NCBI GenBank assembly: GCA_051362555.1
Contig: CM120640.1
Coordinates: 49,020,788-49,084,787, forward strand
DNA from: Lingula anatina
Lineage: Eukaryota; Animalia; Brachiopoda
Length of the DNA stretch: 64,000 bases
Direction of reading: 5' to 3'
The stretch's first letter is position 1, and each line of letters starts with the position of its first letter. The position numbers and the translations under genes are program-made. The notes under the pieces are model-generated. The model worked only from the letters and a program-made list of their open reading frames with translations, was not told where the DNA came from and searched no databases. Below, in pieces: positions 1 to 13,359 of the stretch.

Positions 1-125
1 ATAAATGAATAAAATATAAATTTATACGCCAGTATACTTAATAAATCATATAGAATAATGGTAACATAACAGATTAAATAACTAAAAGTCCACCCTCCAC
101 AGACATATTACCTTTATTACAGCTC

Positions 126-798
126 ATGGATAGACGCAATATTTTGATAGTAGGCAGCAGTATTATTAGAGACTTGCAATGGACAACAAATTATTTTTTC
201 AATCTGCGGGGCCCAAGAATTTCATATTATGCTAAGGGAGGGGCTACCATCCATACAATATGTAATGACCCATACTTTTGGGAGGCGTTAGAAGGAAAAG
301 ACTTCATTTATTTTCAATTAGGAGGCAATGACATAAAAATTTTCTCTTCACCAAAACAAGTTCGAGACAATATTATACTTCTCATACTAACAATAAAACA
401 ACGTCATCGAAACATGCAAATATATTGGGGACAATTATTACGTCATGCGGCTTCAAACACAAGCCGATTTATATGCAACAGCCAACAGGAAAACGACTAT
501 AACGATCAAGTGTGGCAAATAAATGACAGCATACAATCTACTGTAGATGATCTTGGAGGTATTTTTGGACAGCATACAATCTACTGTAGATGATCTTGGA
601 GGTGTGTATTTTTGGACCCATCAGAGAATAAATGACTGCTGGAGGGAATGTTTGAGGAGTGACGGAACATATTTGAATGACAAAGGAACAAAGAAATTAT
701 GGCGATCTAATCGAGGTGCTATTATTTTCTCTGCACCTATATACCGTAAGTATGAATGGATATGCATGGGCATAAACCTTACTGTATATACTCCTTGA
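126..798 (+). pseudogene. SGNH/GDSL-type hydrolase ORF (retroelement-associated), frameshifted
   Basis: ORFs 126-593 and 547-798 together give block I ILIVGSS, block II AKGGAT, block III LGGND and a block V-like DGTYLN. A 43-bp-offset tandem duplication (gacagcatacaatctactgtagatgatcttggaggt at 525 and 568) causes the frameshift. Confidence 0.7.
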
Positions 799-1029
799 TC
801 AATACATATGAGATACGCCTTGTTTATTTAAGATTTCGTGTCAGTATTTTACGTGATTGTGGGAATAAGGTGCATGGGCATCAATGAATATTACCTAAAG
901 TGCATGACGCTTCATGCCCGTATCAGTCACTGACACCCATAGAATACTAACATTTTTTCAGGCCATGAGTCGACCTCCCTCCATACCTCCACCTCATCAA
1001 GGATTCATCAGGAAGCTTTTGATAGAAAC

Positions 1030-2120
1030 TCCAGATCAATCATGGAAGCAAGAAGACCACGATATTGAAACTACTGCGTCAACTAACTCTAACATGTTTA
1101 CAGCATAACATTTTATATAAATCTGTACATATTTCGGGTATATATAACAGTGCAGCTAACTCGCTATCTCGTCTTGATTTGCAGGCTTTTCAAATGGCAG
1201 CTCCTTTGGCTTTGAAAACGCCGTCACTAGTGCATATGGCAACCGCTGAACTTACTTCGGAATTAACAAATACTTTGGATTCTGCTCTCGCGAATAACAC
1301 AAAGAAAACCTACTTAAAAATTGAACCGCTTCTTCGACAATTTTATGAGACGACCGGGATACAGGCATTTCCCACGGATCCATTAGTCACAGCCTTATGG
1401 GTACAATATTTAAGCAGAAAGTATTCTCCTTCATCTATAAAAACATTTCTTGGGGCGCTAAGCTATAAATATAAAATGCATAACATGCCAAATCCAACGT
1501 TAACTTACATAGTTGAACAAACCATCCTGGGTTTAAAGAACAAAACTTTAAAGAACAAAAAATCACCAATAACACTTCCGATATTACACACTTTATTGAA
1601 AAATGTAGACATTCTCTGTAGAAATCAATATGAAGCTCATTTATACAAAACAATGTTTTTGACGGCATTCTATGGATTATTCAGAATTGGGGAAATCACG
1701 GCAAAACCCTCGATACATACGCTAAAACAAGAAAATGTATCGTATGACGCGCCGAACAACATCATTAGAATCAAACTGGACTCATTTAAACATTTCCGAC
1801 GGGATTTCCAACAACAAAATAGCAATCAGACAACAACTGAATATCTGCCCAGTAAAAACTTTGAAAACTTATATTCAATTGCGACCAATTTGTTCCACAT
1901 ATTCTTCATACATAAAAATGGTTCATCGGTTACAAGAAATCAATTTCATTCAGTACTTGATAAATGCCTTGCTTTGTCAAAATTGGATCAAAAAAGATTT
2001 AGAGGTCATGGTTTTAGAATAGGTGGCACAACCTTAGCAGCACAGAGGGGTCTTGCTGATCATCAGATAAAGTCTTTGGGTCGGTGGCGATCCTCAGCAT
2101 ATCAAGGATATATTCGGTAA
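1030..2120 (+). mobile_element. DIRS/Ngaro-type retrotransposon remnant: RNase H C-terminus followed by tyrosine recombinase
   Basis: RNase H tail LLRQLTLTCLQHNI..HISGIYNSAANSLSR. YR motifs FYGLFRIGE, GHGFRIGGTT and LGRWRSSAYQGYIR. The conserved CPV segment lies in the alternative frame (ORF 1735-2022), implying compensating frameshifts. Confidence 0.85.
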
Positions 2121-3105
2121 AGGACCAACTAGATTATAAGAACGATGTGAACAGGAATACTCTAAAAAAGAAATACAGTAATAAGAACAGTATTTATTTG
2201 ATTACAATGATTGAAATAATATAAGAAAAGAATAAAACTAGAATATAGGTCAGAATATTAACAAGAAGATTTATGAATATAATATTAAGTCTTATATAAT
2301 GTAAATGAACAAAGATAACAAAATATGATAAATATTTTGATTTATATATATATATATAGACAAAAAATTTGACATTAAAATAAAAGATGAAGTTATCATT
2401 AATAATAATATCTTTAAAAAGTGATCACTAACTTATTAATTAAAAGATTTTTGGGTGGGCGGGGGAAAAATGTTTTCTTATGGCATTAATTTTATCGCCC
2501 ACCTTTAACAATCAGATCTTTATTTATAATTTTAAATTAATTATTATATTATTTTTTCTTTATCAAAGGTATTTATGAAATACCAAAGGTATTGAGTGAC
2601 TCCCAATCGCTATAATAATAATGAATGTATCATTAAAAATTTTTGATTGTTAAATGAACAAAAATTTTGTTTTATTTATTATGTACAAGAGAATAAAAAA
2701 CAACAACAAAAAATATATACACTCAACCGAAATAGTTTGGAAACATGAAAAATGTGTTCTGTAGTGGAAAAATCTTCAGTGTATATAAAAAAAATAAAGA
2801 ATGGTGGGTGCATTGGCCATCATCATTTGGATAAAATATTTACCTTGGCTCATATGGTTATTTTATAATTATTTAAAATAACTTTTGGGCGAGTGTAGAC
2901 AACTTTATAGATGGAAAATACTAAAGAATTACTAGATAACTTAGGTTCTCTGTTATTACCAGTACTGGAATTTTGGAAGAAGGGCCGATATACTGTCAAA
3001 GGGTAGGCCTAATCATGCTGAAAAGTAGATTAAATTCAATTGGGGAGTTAATGAAGGTCTCTAAATGAAATCTTATTAAATTGCTACAATATTAACATTT
3101 TGCAG

Positions 3106-3346
3106 AGCATATCCAAGATTGGCTGAATGCAACAATACTATCGAGTTTATGGTTGCAGACAAAAGTACTCAGAACAAACTCGTATGTAATGTTGGCTTCT
3201 GTAGTTCCGATCAAATGAAAATAATGACCAGCTCTGCCAGTGCTAGAATATATATCCGACCCATTCAAAAAAGCCTGGTTGTGAAATCAGCTGCAGAGAA
3301 CACAGTACAGACTACTGCATGTGGGAGATGTGGTATGACCTGCTGA
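3106..3346 (+). pseudogene. Isolated exon-like coding fragment of an uncharacterised repeat-associated protein
   Basis: Acceptor ttttgcag followed by YPRLAECNN...ARIYIRPIQKSL...CGRC; no linked exons identified. Confidence 0.25.
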
Positions 3347-3839
3347 CATTTAGGTGTACGAGAGGCTCCACCTCCTTACAAACATTTCACGCGCATCTCA
3401 GTAGAAAAGAAAATAGTAAGTGATAGCAAAGAAATGAAAAAAAAACAATGAAGAAAAGGATAAACACATAAAAGAGCATTAAAACGATTCTGCCAAAGCA
3501 AACAGAGGCTTTATTCACTGCATCAGAAGTAAACAAGGTCTCAGATTAATGCTTACTGTAAATAAAGTACTGTTGTCAGAATGATACTCGAGGGCGTTTT
3601 AATGATTTAAAGACCCATGATTTTTCTTTTCTTTTTTTTTTTTTAGTACTTTTTAAAGTTTAAAATTATGAACATGACAGTTATGATCACCATGGAACTA
3701 CAGTAAATGCGCAAAATAAATACAACTCGAGTATTCATTATAAACAATTTTTATTAATTTTAGTGATTGCCCACTGAAAGGCGATCCATACACAAAGACC
3801 AATCTATTTATCCGATCTTATCTGACCTTATTTTAGAAC

Positions 3840-3975
3840 TTTCTGTATTAGAGAAGAGGTCTCTCAAAAGTTATGGTGATTGGGCTTTTAAAATCTAGGC
3901 CTCCAAAGTGTGGAATGCATTACCAAATTCTATTAGAACAGCAGAAGATTTTGACAGTTTTAAATATGTCTATTG
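3840..3975 (+). mobile_element. CR1/L2 LINE 3' fragment
   Basis: Degenerate translation SYGDWAF..PKVWNALPNSIRTAEDFDSFK resembles the C-terminus of L2/CR1 ORF2. Confidence 0.55.
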
Positions 3976-4098
3976 CTCTTAAATTTTTTATATTTTAATA
4001 AGATTGAGTTTTTAGTAGTGTTAATTTTAAATGTTTGCGCTACTGGTGGCCCACCGATGGCCCACCAGTGGCATGTTATCTGGGTCGGTGCAAACATC

Positions 4099-4659
4099 AT
4101 GACGGCTAGTAATGTGGTAATTAGAGAAAAATGCCAGAAGAAAGCTAGAAGGTACGTGAGACTTAGGGATCCAATGAGAAACTTCCAACCCCATCTTTTT
4201 TATCAAAGGTACCACATAACCCAGGAAAATGTGCTCAAACTGACTAATGTTATTGAAGAACCTTTAAGAAGACTGACTATGAGGTCTAAAGCACTGTCAC
4301 CCACTACCCAAGTTCTTTCTGCTTTACGTGTGTTTGCTACTGGATCAGATCGCAATGTGATTGGTGACAGCCTTGATCTGTCATCAATGTCGGTGTCCAG
4401 AAGCCTCCATGCTGTGGTAGATGCTATTTTAAACAGCCAGGACCTAGCAGAGCAGATCCAGTTTCCAACTGAAGAGGAAGATGTTAGGAGAATGAAGAAG
4501 CAATTTTACCAGATTGCAGGTTTCCATAATGCCATCGGTGCTATCAATGGTACTCTAGTCCCATTAAAAGACCCACCCCAAGATGAGAACTTTTTTGTTT
4601 GCAGAAAAGGCTACCATGCACTCAATGTCCAGACGATAGTGGATGCTAAACTGAAGTAA
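4099..4659 (+). mobile_element. Harbinger/PIF (HARBI1-like) DDE transposase fragment
   Basis: QVLSALRVFATGS, FYQIAGFHNAIGAINGTLVP (cf. FPNVIGAIDGTH) and RKGYHALNVQTIVD; ends at a gtaagt donor near 4656; the first catalytic D reads as N. Confidence 0.85.
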
Positions 4660-4942
4660 GTTAATTATTTTTAAAGGAATACAGATATTAGAAAAATCTT
4701 TAGATCTATCCTTTAGCTGTTTCTCGTTTTTTTTCCTTATTGTTAATTTCAATACATTGTGTATATATATCTATGTAGTGCAATATAGTGCATTATAATA
4801 CAATGTTTTATTCATAATTTTTTATTACAGAGGAGGATTTTGTTAATCCAGAGACTAATTTGAGTGAGAATGACTGAGCTGGGAAATACTGAGGTATGTG
4901 GTTCCTGTAAGAAATATAATTTAAGGGAAGTTTGGCAGATGC

Positions 4943-6450
4943 GTCAAACGTTGTTTTATAGCGCCGGTCTATAACCTAGATCAGATGGGATTCGCTATAT
5001 TTTGGCCATACTTGTACAAACCTCGAATTGAGTGCTGCATGAGCCAACGAGCCTCGGATTCAATGCTGCACATAAAATTGCGGATTCAGTGCTACATGGG
5101 CAATTGGTTGTGATTGGCCAATCATCTTATCCAATCACAGTAACTAGGTCATGACATTTTGGCCCAATCAGGATGAACTAGGTCAGGCGTTTCCACGAGG
5201 TACGCGCCGCCGCGTTTAATGAAGTGAGCGATAGTATTCTTTCTCACATTGCTCTCACGCACGACATTCGCTAGAGATAAATCAACAGATCACTTTCCAA
5301 TTTGCCACTGTACAATTTTGAAGTTTTTCCTTTTTCAATCTATTTGCAAGCTTTTGACTTACGGACTTACGATCACCATGGCAGTTCTCGTTATCGGTCA
5401 TTCATTTGTTCATATGCTTCGTTCATTTCTCGACCAAGGTTGGGACGTATGTGGCGGCGAAAGATTTTGGCTTTCCCAAATCTGTGCACTGGCACAGGAT
5501 AAGCAGCCGCACGTTCCCTAAACTAGTCAGGTACGATTTGGGGATCCTTCGCCAGGCACGACCCGACTTGGTCGTAATTATCATTGGTTCTAACAACCTG
5601 TCTGACCGTAGTGTTTCTCCCTCTAACCTTTGTAAGGATATTGAAGAGTTAGCCCGTAGTTTTCACTACAAATTTGGTGTTTCTCATGTGGTGGTGAATC
5701 AAGTTCACCAGCTCAAAATTCATCTTGCAGACTTGCCCTTAAGAAATCCATTCATTTCCTTTTGGAAGAACGTAGGTCTGCGGAAAGTGACCCGGCTTCA
5801 CATCAAACCAGACGGGGTGCATCTTTCGGATGTGGGCCAGTATAAACTGTATCGTAATCTGCGGGGTGCCATTATTAGGAAGGCCTTCCGGCTTAGCATT
5901 AAGCTTTCCTAATCTCTTCCAACTTCATCATGAGTCCTTTTCAGGCCCATAGACTCATTTCTTCTTCTTTTTCTAGGCCCCGACCTTTTCAGGGCCACCG
6001 GGAAGTTTCCTTTATCCTTAGTTCTTAAAAAATACCCATAAGATTTCCTTGATTTTTCAGATATTTTGTTGTATATTTATTTTCACCTTCATCATATGTC
6101 CTTTTCAGGCCCATAGACGCATTTCTTCTTCTTTCAGGCCCGACCTGACCTACTTAGGGCCACCGGGAATTTTCTTTTTCTCTCTACCCCTTTTTTACTC
6201 CAGTCTGCTACAACGTTTTTTCATGCCTTTATTTTTCATGCCTCATTTTTGTAACATTTTTGTCTGCCCCGCTACATTGGGGTGAGTGGCACGTTTTGTG
6301 TCTTGGTATTCCGCTCCGCTTCGTCAGAGTGAGTGGCACGTTTTAGTGTCTTTGCATTTCCAACCTGTTTCTCAGGTTGAGTGGCATAATTTTTCATGCC
6401 TTATTTTTGTAACATTTTTGTCCGCCCCACTACGGCCAAATTTTGGCCAA
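4943..6450 (+). mobile_element. SGNH-hydrolase cassette, copy A (ORF about 5378-5912, frameshifted)
   Basis: MAVLVIGHSFVH..., IIIGSNNL and DGVHLSDVGQYKLYRNLRGAI. Shares a sharp 5' boundary (gtcaaacgttgttttat) and upstream region with copy C. Downstream duplicated blocks at 5927/6089 and repeated tgagtggca motifs at 6283-6390. Confidence 0.75.
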
Positions 6451-6539
6451 TTTCGCATCGGCCAAATATCGAACATCATACTTGTGTTTGTCACTTTAAT
6501 GCTTTTTTCCGACACCGTATTGAACTTTTTTCGATCAAG

Positions 6540-7090
6540 GAGAATATAATCATAGGTTGGTTAGAGAATGGTGAATCTAAAGAGTCAGAGTTGTATTGGT
6601 GTAATATGGCTGTGAGAGAATGATGGAATTGCAGAGAGCAATCGATTATGTTGAATGATGTGCTATATTTCAAACCAGGAAAAGACAGAAGATAGATATT
6701 TGTGCTTAGCTGTACCAAAAAATTTGGTCAATGAAGTTTTATTTTTCTGTCATGATTCAAAAACTGCTGGTCATTTTGCTTACGAGAAAGCTTTGCAAAA
6801 ACTCAAACAATCCTCCCATGGCATGTAATGAGTACAGATTGTAAAATGTATGCAAATTCATATGAAGTTTTCAATAAAAACAAGCATAGCACTGCTCGAC
6901 CAAAAGCCAAAATGAAATTACATCATGCGGGATTTCCCGTTGAAAAGGTTCATTTAGATATACTTGGACCTTTTACACAAATTGAATTTGGGAATTCTTA
7001 TGTTTTGGTTACAATAGACCAGTTTACTAAGTGGATAGAATGTGTGGCTTTGCCAAATCACACAGCTAGGTTAGTAGCAAAGGCATTTTT
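6540..7090 (+). mobile_element. Gypsy LTR-retrotransposon integrase fragment
   Basis: HDSKTAGH zinc-binding motif; PVEKVHLDILGPF..YVLVTIDQFTKWIECVALPN core; stops and frameshifts present. Confidence 0.8.
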
Positions 7091-8149
7091 TTTGCTACTT
7101 ATTGTCTTATAAGTCTTGTTTTAAAGCTTTGGTCTTTTAGTTTATATTTTTTAGTTACTTTTAAATACCTGTATGGTTTTGTTTATGATAAATTGTAAAA
7201 CTTCAACTTTTGGGTTGCGATTCTAGCAAATAAATTATTATTATTGTTAAACTTTTTATCTTTATTTCCAGCAAGTGAATTCTGGAGATGCAATGCCAGG
7301 AAGATTTACATTTTGTCAAAGAGCGATGTCCTGGAGTTAAACCCAGCCTGCTGTTAACTTTACTCATTTGTAAATATGTGGTATTTCAGCATATTTGATA
7401 TGATTGCATCTTCTTTAATTACATTCTGCATATATTTATCTTGTTTAAAATAAAATCAACAACAACAGGCGCACAATAGAAAATGAAAAAAAAAAAAAAA
7501 AACTTCAATATCAGTACAAAACTGAAAGATTTTAATAAGAACACAAAAACGCATAGAAATCTAAGAAAAAAAGTGGTAAGATTGTTTTTAAGCAAAACGC
7601 ACATCTGACAGAGAATCTCATTAAATATTCCTTAAATACTGTTAATTTTAGGCACTCTACAGCTGCATTTGACAGGTTTGATGAGATAGATCCTGTGAGA
7701 AAGCTAAAGAACATAGGGACATTAATTGAGGAACTGACAGTAAAGAGAAGACAAATTCTAGTGTTGTCTCCAATGCAAATTGACAACTTTAGGGACATTT
7801 TCGGGTGTAGCATATGTATGGATAAAGTCATATTTTGGCAACACAATCAAATATTCGTGGGACATAGGTACATAAAGGCACAGAAATATAAGAGGAAAAA
7901 AATTAAATGTATTCATAAGGGGTCCAACTGCTTGATGTTTCTTCCCTCAGCATTAGTAAGCAAACACAGAGTGGACTAGAGAGAAACTTGTTCCTACAGC
8001 TCCACCACCTCTGACCTTATACACTGTTGAATGTTATCAGGAATATAGAACTTGCCGATTAGGTGACAAACAACAAGACTGATATTCAGAGGTTAGAGAG
8101 ATGTTTATTGCAGCTAACACAGTTCTCCTTTAAGCGTCCCTCTTTTCAC

Positions 8150-8690
8150 TGTTATTATTCCTCAGCCGATGCGTCCAGAGATGCTGAAGAAAGCACATTC
8201 CACTCATCAAGGAATACAAGCCACATAGCGTTTGTGTCGAGATGTGATTTACTGGCCATACATGGCTGCAGATGTGACTGAAATGATTAAACAATGCGAT
8301 ACATGTTGCTGAATTGCCTGCAAATTTGAGTTCACAAATGTTACTAGTTCACCACATTATGCTCAGAGCAATTGTAGAGTGGAATCTGCTGTAAAAGTTG
8401 CAAAGCAGATGATAGGAAAAGCAGTTGATGAGAAACAAGATGTTTACTTAATGTTGTTAGAGCGAAGAAATACGCCTGCAGAAGGCATGGATTCTAGTCC
8501 AGTGCAATGTTTAATGTCATGTCGCACTAGGAGCAGCCTCCCTGCTCAAAGTCAAGGCTATAAGCCAAAAGTAGTAGAGTCGGTTTCTAGCAATCTTACA
8601 GTTAGAAAGCAAAGAAAAAAGCATTATTATGACAAGCACGTTAAATCTTTACCACAATTACAGGTAGGGCAAGCACAATAAAGAACAAAA
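8150..8690 (+). mobile_element. Gypsy integrase fragment (second family, internally deleted)
   Basis: IVIPQPMRPEMLKKAHSTHQG; TSSPHYAQSN..ESAVKVAK; RNTPAEGMDSSPVQCLM..RTRS; KHYYDKHVKSLPQL. Confidence 0.8.
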
Positions 8691-10326
8691 AATGAAAGGC
8701 AAGAATAATAAAGTAGTGCCTGGTGCGTTGTTTCAGACCCTTCATTATGGCTCCTTGTCTTATTTATTCAGTGTTCTTAGTCTATTTAAATGTAAAGCAG
8801 TATATGATCAAGTATCACCTGGATTTACAATGGGTTGTTACTGGAAATTCTAGCTGACTAACTAATGGTAGAGGGTATCAAAAGTAAACATCATTTCATT
8901 ATATATTTATTTAACACCAATCATAAATTTTTAGGTAATGATATATGAGGTCTTAAAATGGTACATAACAGTTTTATAAACTTTAAGACCAACTGGTACA
9001 AAACTAAATATGTTTCATTGTCTAAAATATGATTCAAATTTATTCATTTTTATGAAAAGTTTCTTAATAGTACAGGAGTTATTGTTCAACACATTTCATT
9101 ATAAGATCATCTCAAAAGAAATTCGGGGGTTTTGGTCTGTTAATCAAGCTTAATTTAGTGTTTATTTTGACTATTTTAAAAATACTTCTACTATAAGTTC
9201 AAATACCAGTATGAAAATTATTTGGCTTATAATTTCAGTGACTATAAGGTGGAAAAAAATTTGGTGTATGGATGTATATGTTAAATTTGTTTTATTTCTT
9301 TTTTTATTTATTTCTTTAAGCAAGAGAAGAGATCATTCTGATTGTTTGTGTTCATATTTTGTATTATTATGTCTGATGCCTCTTAATGGTGAGTTATTCA
9401 AAAGTGAGTTTATGTATTTATAGTAATCTTTAAAATAGTTGTGATTTTTTTGTAAGATATTGGACAATAAAGGTTTACTTTGAGTTTTTGAGGTGTTACG
9501 TAGATTTTATTTTAAATATATTTGTGAAATATTTTAGTGTTGAGTTATAATTTCTTTACTTTTGGGATGTTTGTGAGCAATGGGAAACTGAGTGAGAAAA
9601 ACAAGGTGTTGGTATTGTAGTTCATTAGAAAATAGGCAAAGTTTCAGAGAAAATTCATTTTTACGCTATATAAGCGTCTACATTGGTAAGACCCACTTTA
9701 AGAACACTTTTGTCATTGTACTGTACTTTCCTTCCGGTTTTGGACCTAAAAAATCCCAGGGTTCAATTATTCACCTTCTATGAAATAAAACCAAGAAACG
9801 AAATTACTTTTTTTTTAAACTCGTGGTCGGTGAGGTGACGACGCACTTGTGTTGATTACACGACACCTTCTATATTTTGGTTATTAAATAAATTTGATTA
9901 AGCAATACCAAATGGCAAGAACGATAATGAAAGAAAAAGGAACAAGGGATTGAAACTTCAATCTTTAAAACATAAAATGTCTTTATTGAATACAGACCTT
10001 TGTTCTGATCCACGGTCTGTAGACACAAAGGCGTAAAACTTCAATTCTGATCACAAATGTAACAATTTAAACAACTTTCATAAAATGTTTTAATTTTTGG
10101 CAGCGTGACAGCATTTGTCTCATAATTAATTCCGAGGCAAAAAGCATCCCTTTTTATTTAAAAACCTTTACGCAATAACAAATAAACCAGGGTCATTATA
10201 TTAAAACTGAATTTAATGAAATTTTAAGTCAATCAAAATTTATTACAACGCATGCTGGTGTATGAATTTCTAATGTATAAATAGGGAACCTTGTGGTAGA
10301 TTCACACATTTTGTGCGTTCACAACC

Positions 10327-10915
10327 ATGGATGAACCATGCTTAGCACTGGGCCTAAGACGGGGCATGTGCTTATTGTCCAAGGGTATTGATACCAAAAA
10401 CAGAGAGAGTGTCATGGCGAATTTGTTTGGCAATGTTGGAGGAGGGACTGTCGCACCAAGTTAAGGACAAATGCAATCAACGAGTAAGATCAAATTCGGG
10501 TGGCAAATATGAATGATATGCAACATAACCACCCTGAAGACAATGAAATGACAAGCCACATTAATGTAAGATGGGCGATGCACGCAGCTGCAACCCGGGA
10601 CCCCATGCATCGGCAAGGTGGAGGGGACTGTCAGCCTGTGCCATCACTGGCGTCCGTCAGAACCTGCACAGAAAGGGTACGCCAGCATGCATTACCCACA
10701 GGGGATAAATGATGTGAGGATTGACAACCAGTGGGTTCAGACCTGGAACCGTGAGAAATTTGTGCTCCACCTGGACAACCAGTGGGGAGTTTGTGTTTGT
10801 GACGGCAGAAAATCTGAACATTTTGTGGCATTGCCAAACAGTGTATATAGATGGGACTTTTCGTGTATGCCTGAGGCCCTATACGCAATTGCTGGTTATT
10901 GTTGGCAATTCTGTA
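10327..10915 (+). mobile_element. FLYWCH-MULE (Mutator-like) transposase remnant
   Basis: FLYWCH-like N-terminus ending in HNHP and MULE core VYIDGTFRVC..PYTQLLVI; multiple frameshifts; related to 13360-13830. Confidence 0.7.
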
Positions 10916-11485
10916 CCAGAGGCGGACCCCTTAACTTCTAGAAATAAGTTTTCCACTTTCATTAGATTCACTGAATTTTTTATCTGAAATTAACCATGGC
11001 TGTTCTCGTCATAGGTCACTCCTTTACTCACAGGCTTCGCTCATATCTTGACCAAGGACGGGACGATCGTACGGCGAAAGACTTCGGTTTCCCATTTCCA
11101 CACACTGGCATGGGAAAGGTGGCCGTACAGTCCCTAAACTGGACAGTTAGGACTTGGGTATGACTTGGGTATCCTTCACCATGTCCACCCAGAGTTGGTC
11201 ATACTAGTTATTGGGTCGAATGACCTCTCTGATCGGAATATTTCCCCCTTTGGTCTAAGTAAGGACATCGAGGATCCCATCCCGCTTTTAATGACCAGGT
11301 TGACAAACTTAACATTTTCCTTTCAGATCTGCCCCTTACACATTCATTTATTTCGTTTTAGAAAAACATGGGTTTGCAGAATCCTACTCTACTGCACATC
11401 AAACTGGATGGGTTGCACCTTTCAGATGTCGGGCAATACAAATTATACCGCAGTTTGAGTGGCACCATTATCAGGAAGGCTTCCT
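10916..11485 (+). mobile_element. SGNH-hydrolase cassette, copy B (ATG about 10996), diverged and frameshifted
   Basis: MAVLVIGHSFTHRLRSYLDQG, VIGSNDLSD and LDGLHLSDVGQYKLYRSL; clear nucleotide similarity to copies A and C. Confidence 0.7.
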
Positions 11486-11489
11486 ATGC

Positions 11490-12420
11490 ACATTACCTAT
11501 GCTATTAAGAAGTTGACAAATACTCAGGGTGTTTCTGGCCCACTGTCCAGGGCATCGATTGCTAGAAAAACAGAAGACATGCCTTTAGATGAGATTGCAG
11601 AGGAGGTGAAACGTATAACAGGGGAAGACATGGACAATATTTTTATGATGGCAGGAAGCTGAAGTTGCAAGAGTCTTAAGAGAGAAGTCACTGTACGTAG
11701 AGAACAGACATTTGCTCACTGATTACCTAAGATACCTGAATAGCCATCTGCATGGTGTGGTTACAAGTAGTAGAAATACTAAGCTTATTAGAGCATTCCA
11801 CAACATGAGGTCAGAAGTAAATGGCAAAAAGAACTTTACCTCTTTTTGTTCTGAAATCAGTGCTACCAGTGTAAAGGACCCTTTGCTGTACCAAAGATTT
11901 TTGGATGTTGCATTGGAGAAAAATGTAATAGCTTAACAAAGGGTAGAAAAACCATTGACTGATGTGGTAAGAGAGAATCCTACTTCACTAAAAGTAAGGA
12001 GGAGGAAGAGACTCTTAGATATGTTTGTGGTTACATACCTTTCAATCTGTACAAGAGATTTTCGAAGGGATCATCAGCATTACACAGAGATTGTACAATG
12101 ATTATTCATTCTTAGAAAGCATCTTCTAAGTCACAAAGTGATGGGTAGCTACAATAAATAGAGGGTGGTTGTTTGTAGTTCATGATATTGTGTTTCAGTT
12201 TTTTAAAGAGGTGGAAAATGCTGTACAGAGTTTTTTAAAATAAAGACTTGTTATTATGTTGTGAGGGAGAGGACATTGCATCCCTAATTTACAAAAAATT
12301 ATTGCAAAATGCAACGGTACAGAAGTTCTGGTGTTCTTTGACCTCAAATTAGGAAAGTGACACTACTGGCTACTACTTATATAATCTGTTATAAAGAAGA
12401 ATGTTGTACTCGGGGGCAAC
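11490..12420 (+). pseudogene. Decayed transposase-like coding remnant
   Basis: Fragmented frames including LRYVCGYIP and INRGWLFVVHD..FQFFKEVE, reminiscent of YxxGY...RGGL motifs in P/THAP-type transposase C-termini; family assignment tentative. Confidence 0.3.
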
Positions 12421-13359
12421 GCCTTGGGCAGAGCATGGAAGAAGCAAGTGCAGCTGATGAACCCGAAACCGATGTCCAGAAAAGGAGAAAAGACTTAAAG
12501 AAAATTATTACATGTTCAGACTCATGGCATCTCATAGACAGACTTTGTTACTTTTTATATGCTCATAATCACCGATTAGTTGGATTACTTTCTTTACTTT
12601 ATGACACCAGTTTCTTACTCATGCCATTATATCAAAATGTGTTTACCAATTACTAAAACAGTAATGCAGGGTCCTGGGCATTTTTCAATGCATGATATTT
12701 GTACCCCAAAGAGAAACCATCTAGTTGTTACTTGTACAAATATCATAAAACATCTTGACATTTAAAAAATGTTTCCCTTTATTCAATTGAATTCTGTTGT
12801 GATATAAACATTTAGTTAAAGACCTCTGGCAAATTTACCTCTGGCATTTAGTTAAAGACCTCTTGCAAATTCTTGATATTTAAATTCAACATTATTTAGA
12901 TAAGATTGACATCTGAAGCTAAAAAAAGACTTAGTTGCATGGGCATTATTTCTTGAACATTTCAATGGCAAGTCATTGTTGACTGAAAAACATTAGGAGA
13001 TTAATTTCGCATGTAAGATACCATGCCAAGCTCTCCCTCTTGCCTAACCTTTTGTCACAAAAATAAATATTCTTATACAAAATTAAACTAACCCACCCCT
13101 TATCACAAAAAAGAATCTATTAAACTAATTAAAAGTTTTTGATGCTTGCAGGGGGCACCTTCATCCAAGCTACTCCACTTGTTATTCCAGTGACTTCATT
13201 TTCTGGAAGTTGTGACAATAAGATTCGCAGTTTTTCTATATTAACACAATTACATAACCAATGTAAATTAAATATAATGTGCTTCAGGGAATTTTTTTTA
13301 GCATTTTGTGACACAGATTTATAGCAGCACTACCCTTTCTTTGACCCCCTGTAAATTTT

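Noticed and set aside
1065-2120. Phage integrase or prophage
   Set aside because: The preceding RNase H tail and eukaryotic context indicate a DIRS-type retrotransposon YR.
7540-8010. Coding-like remnant with a CSIC motif
   Set aside because: Too degraded to assign to a family.
8700-10300. Short hydrophobic ORFs in AT-rich sequence
   Set aside because: Compositionally expected spurious ORFs with no motifs.
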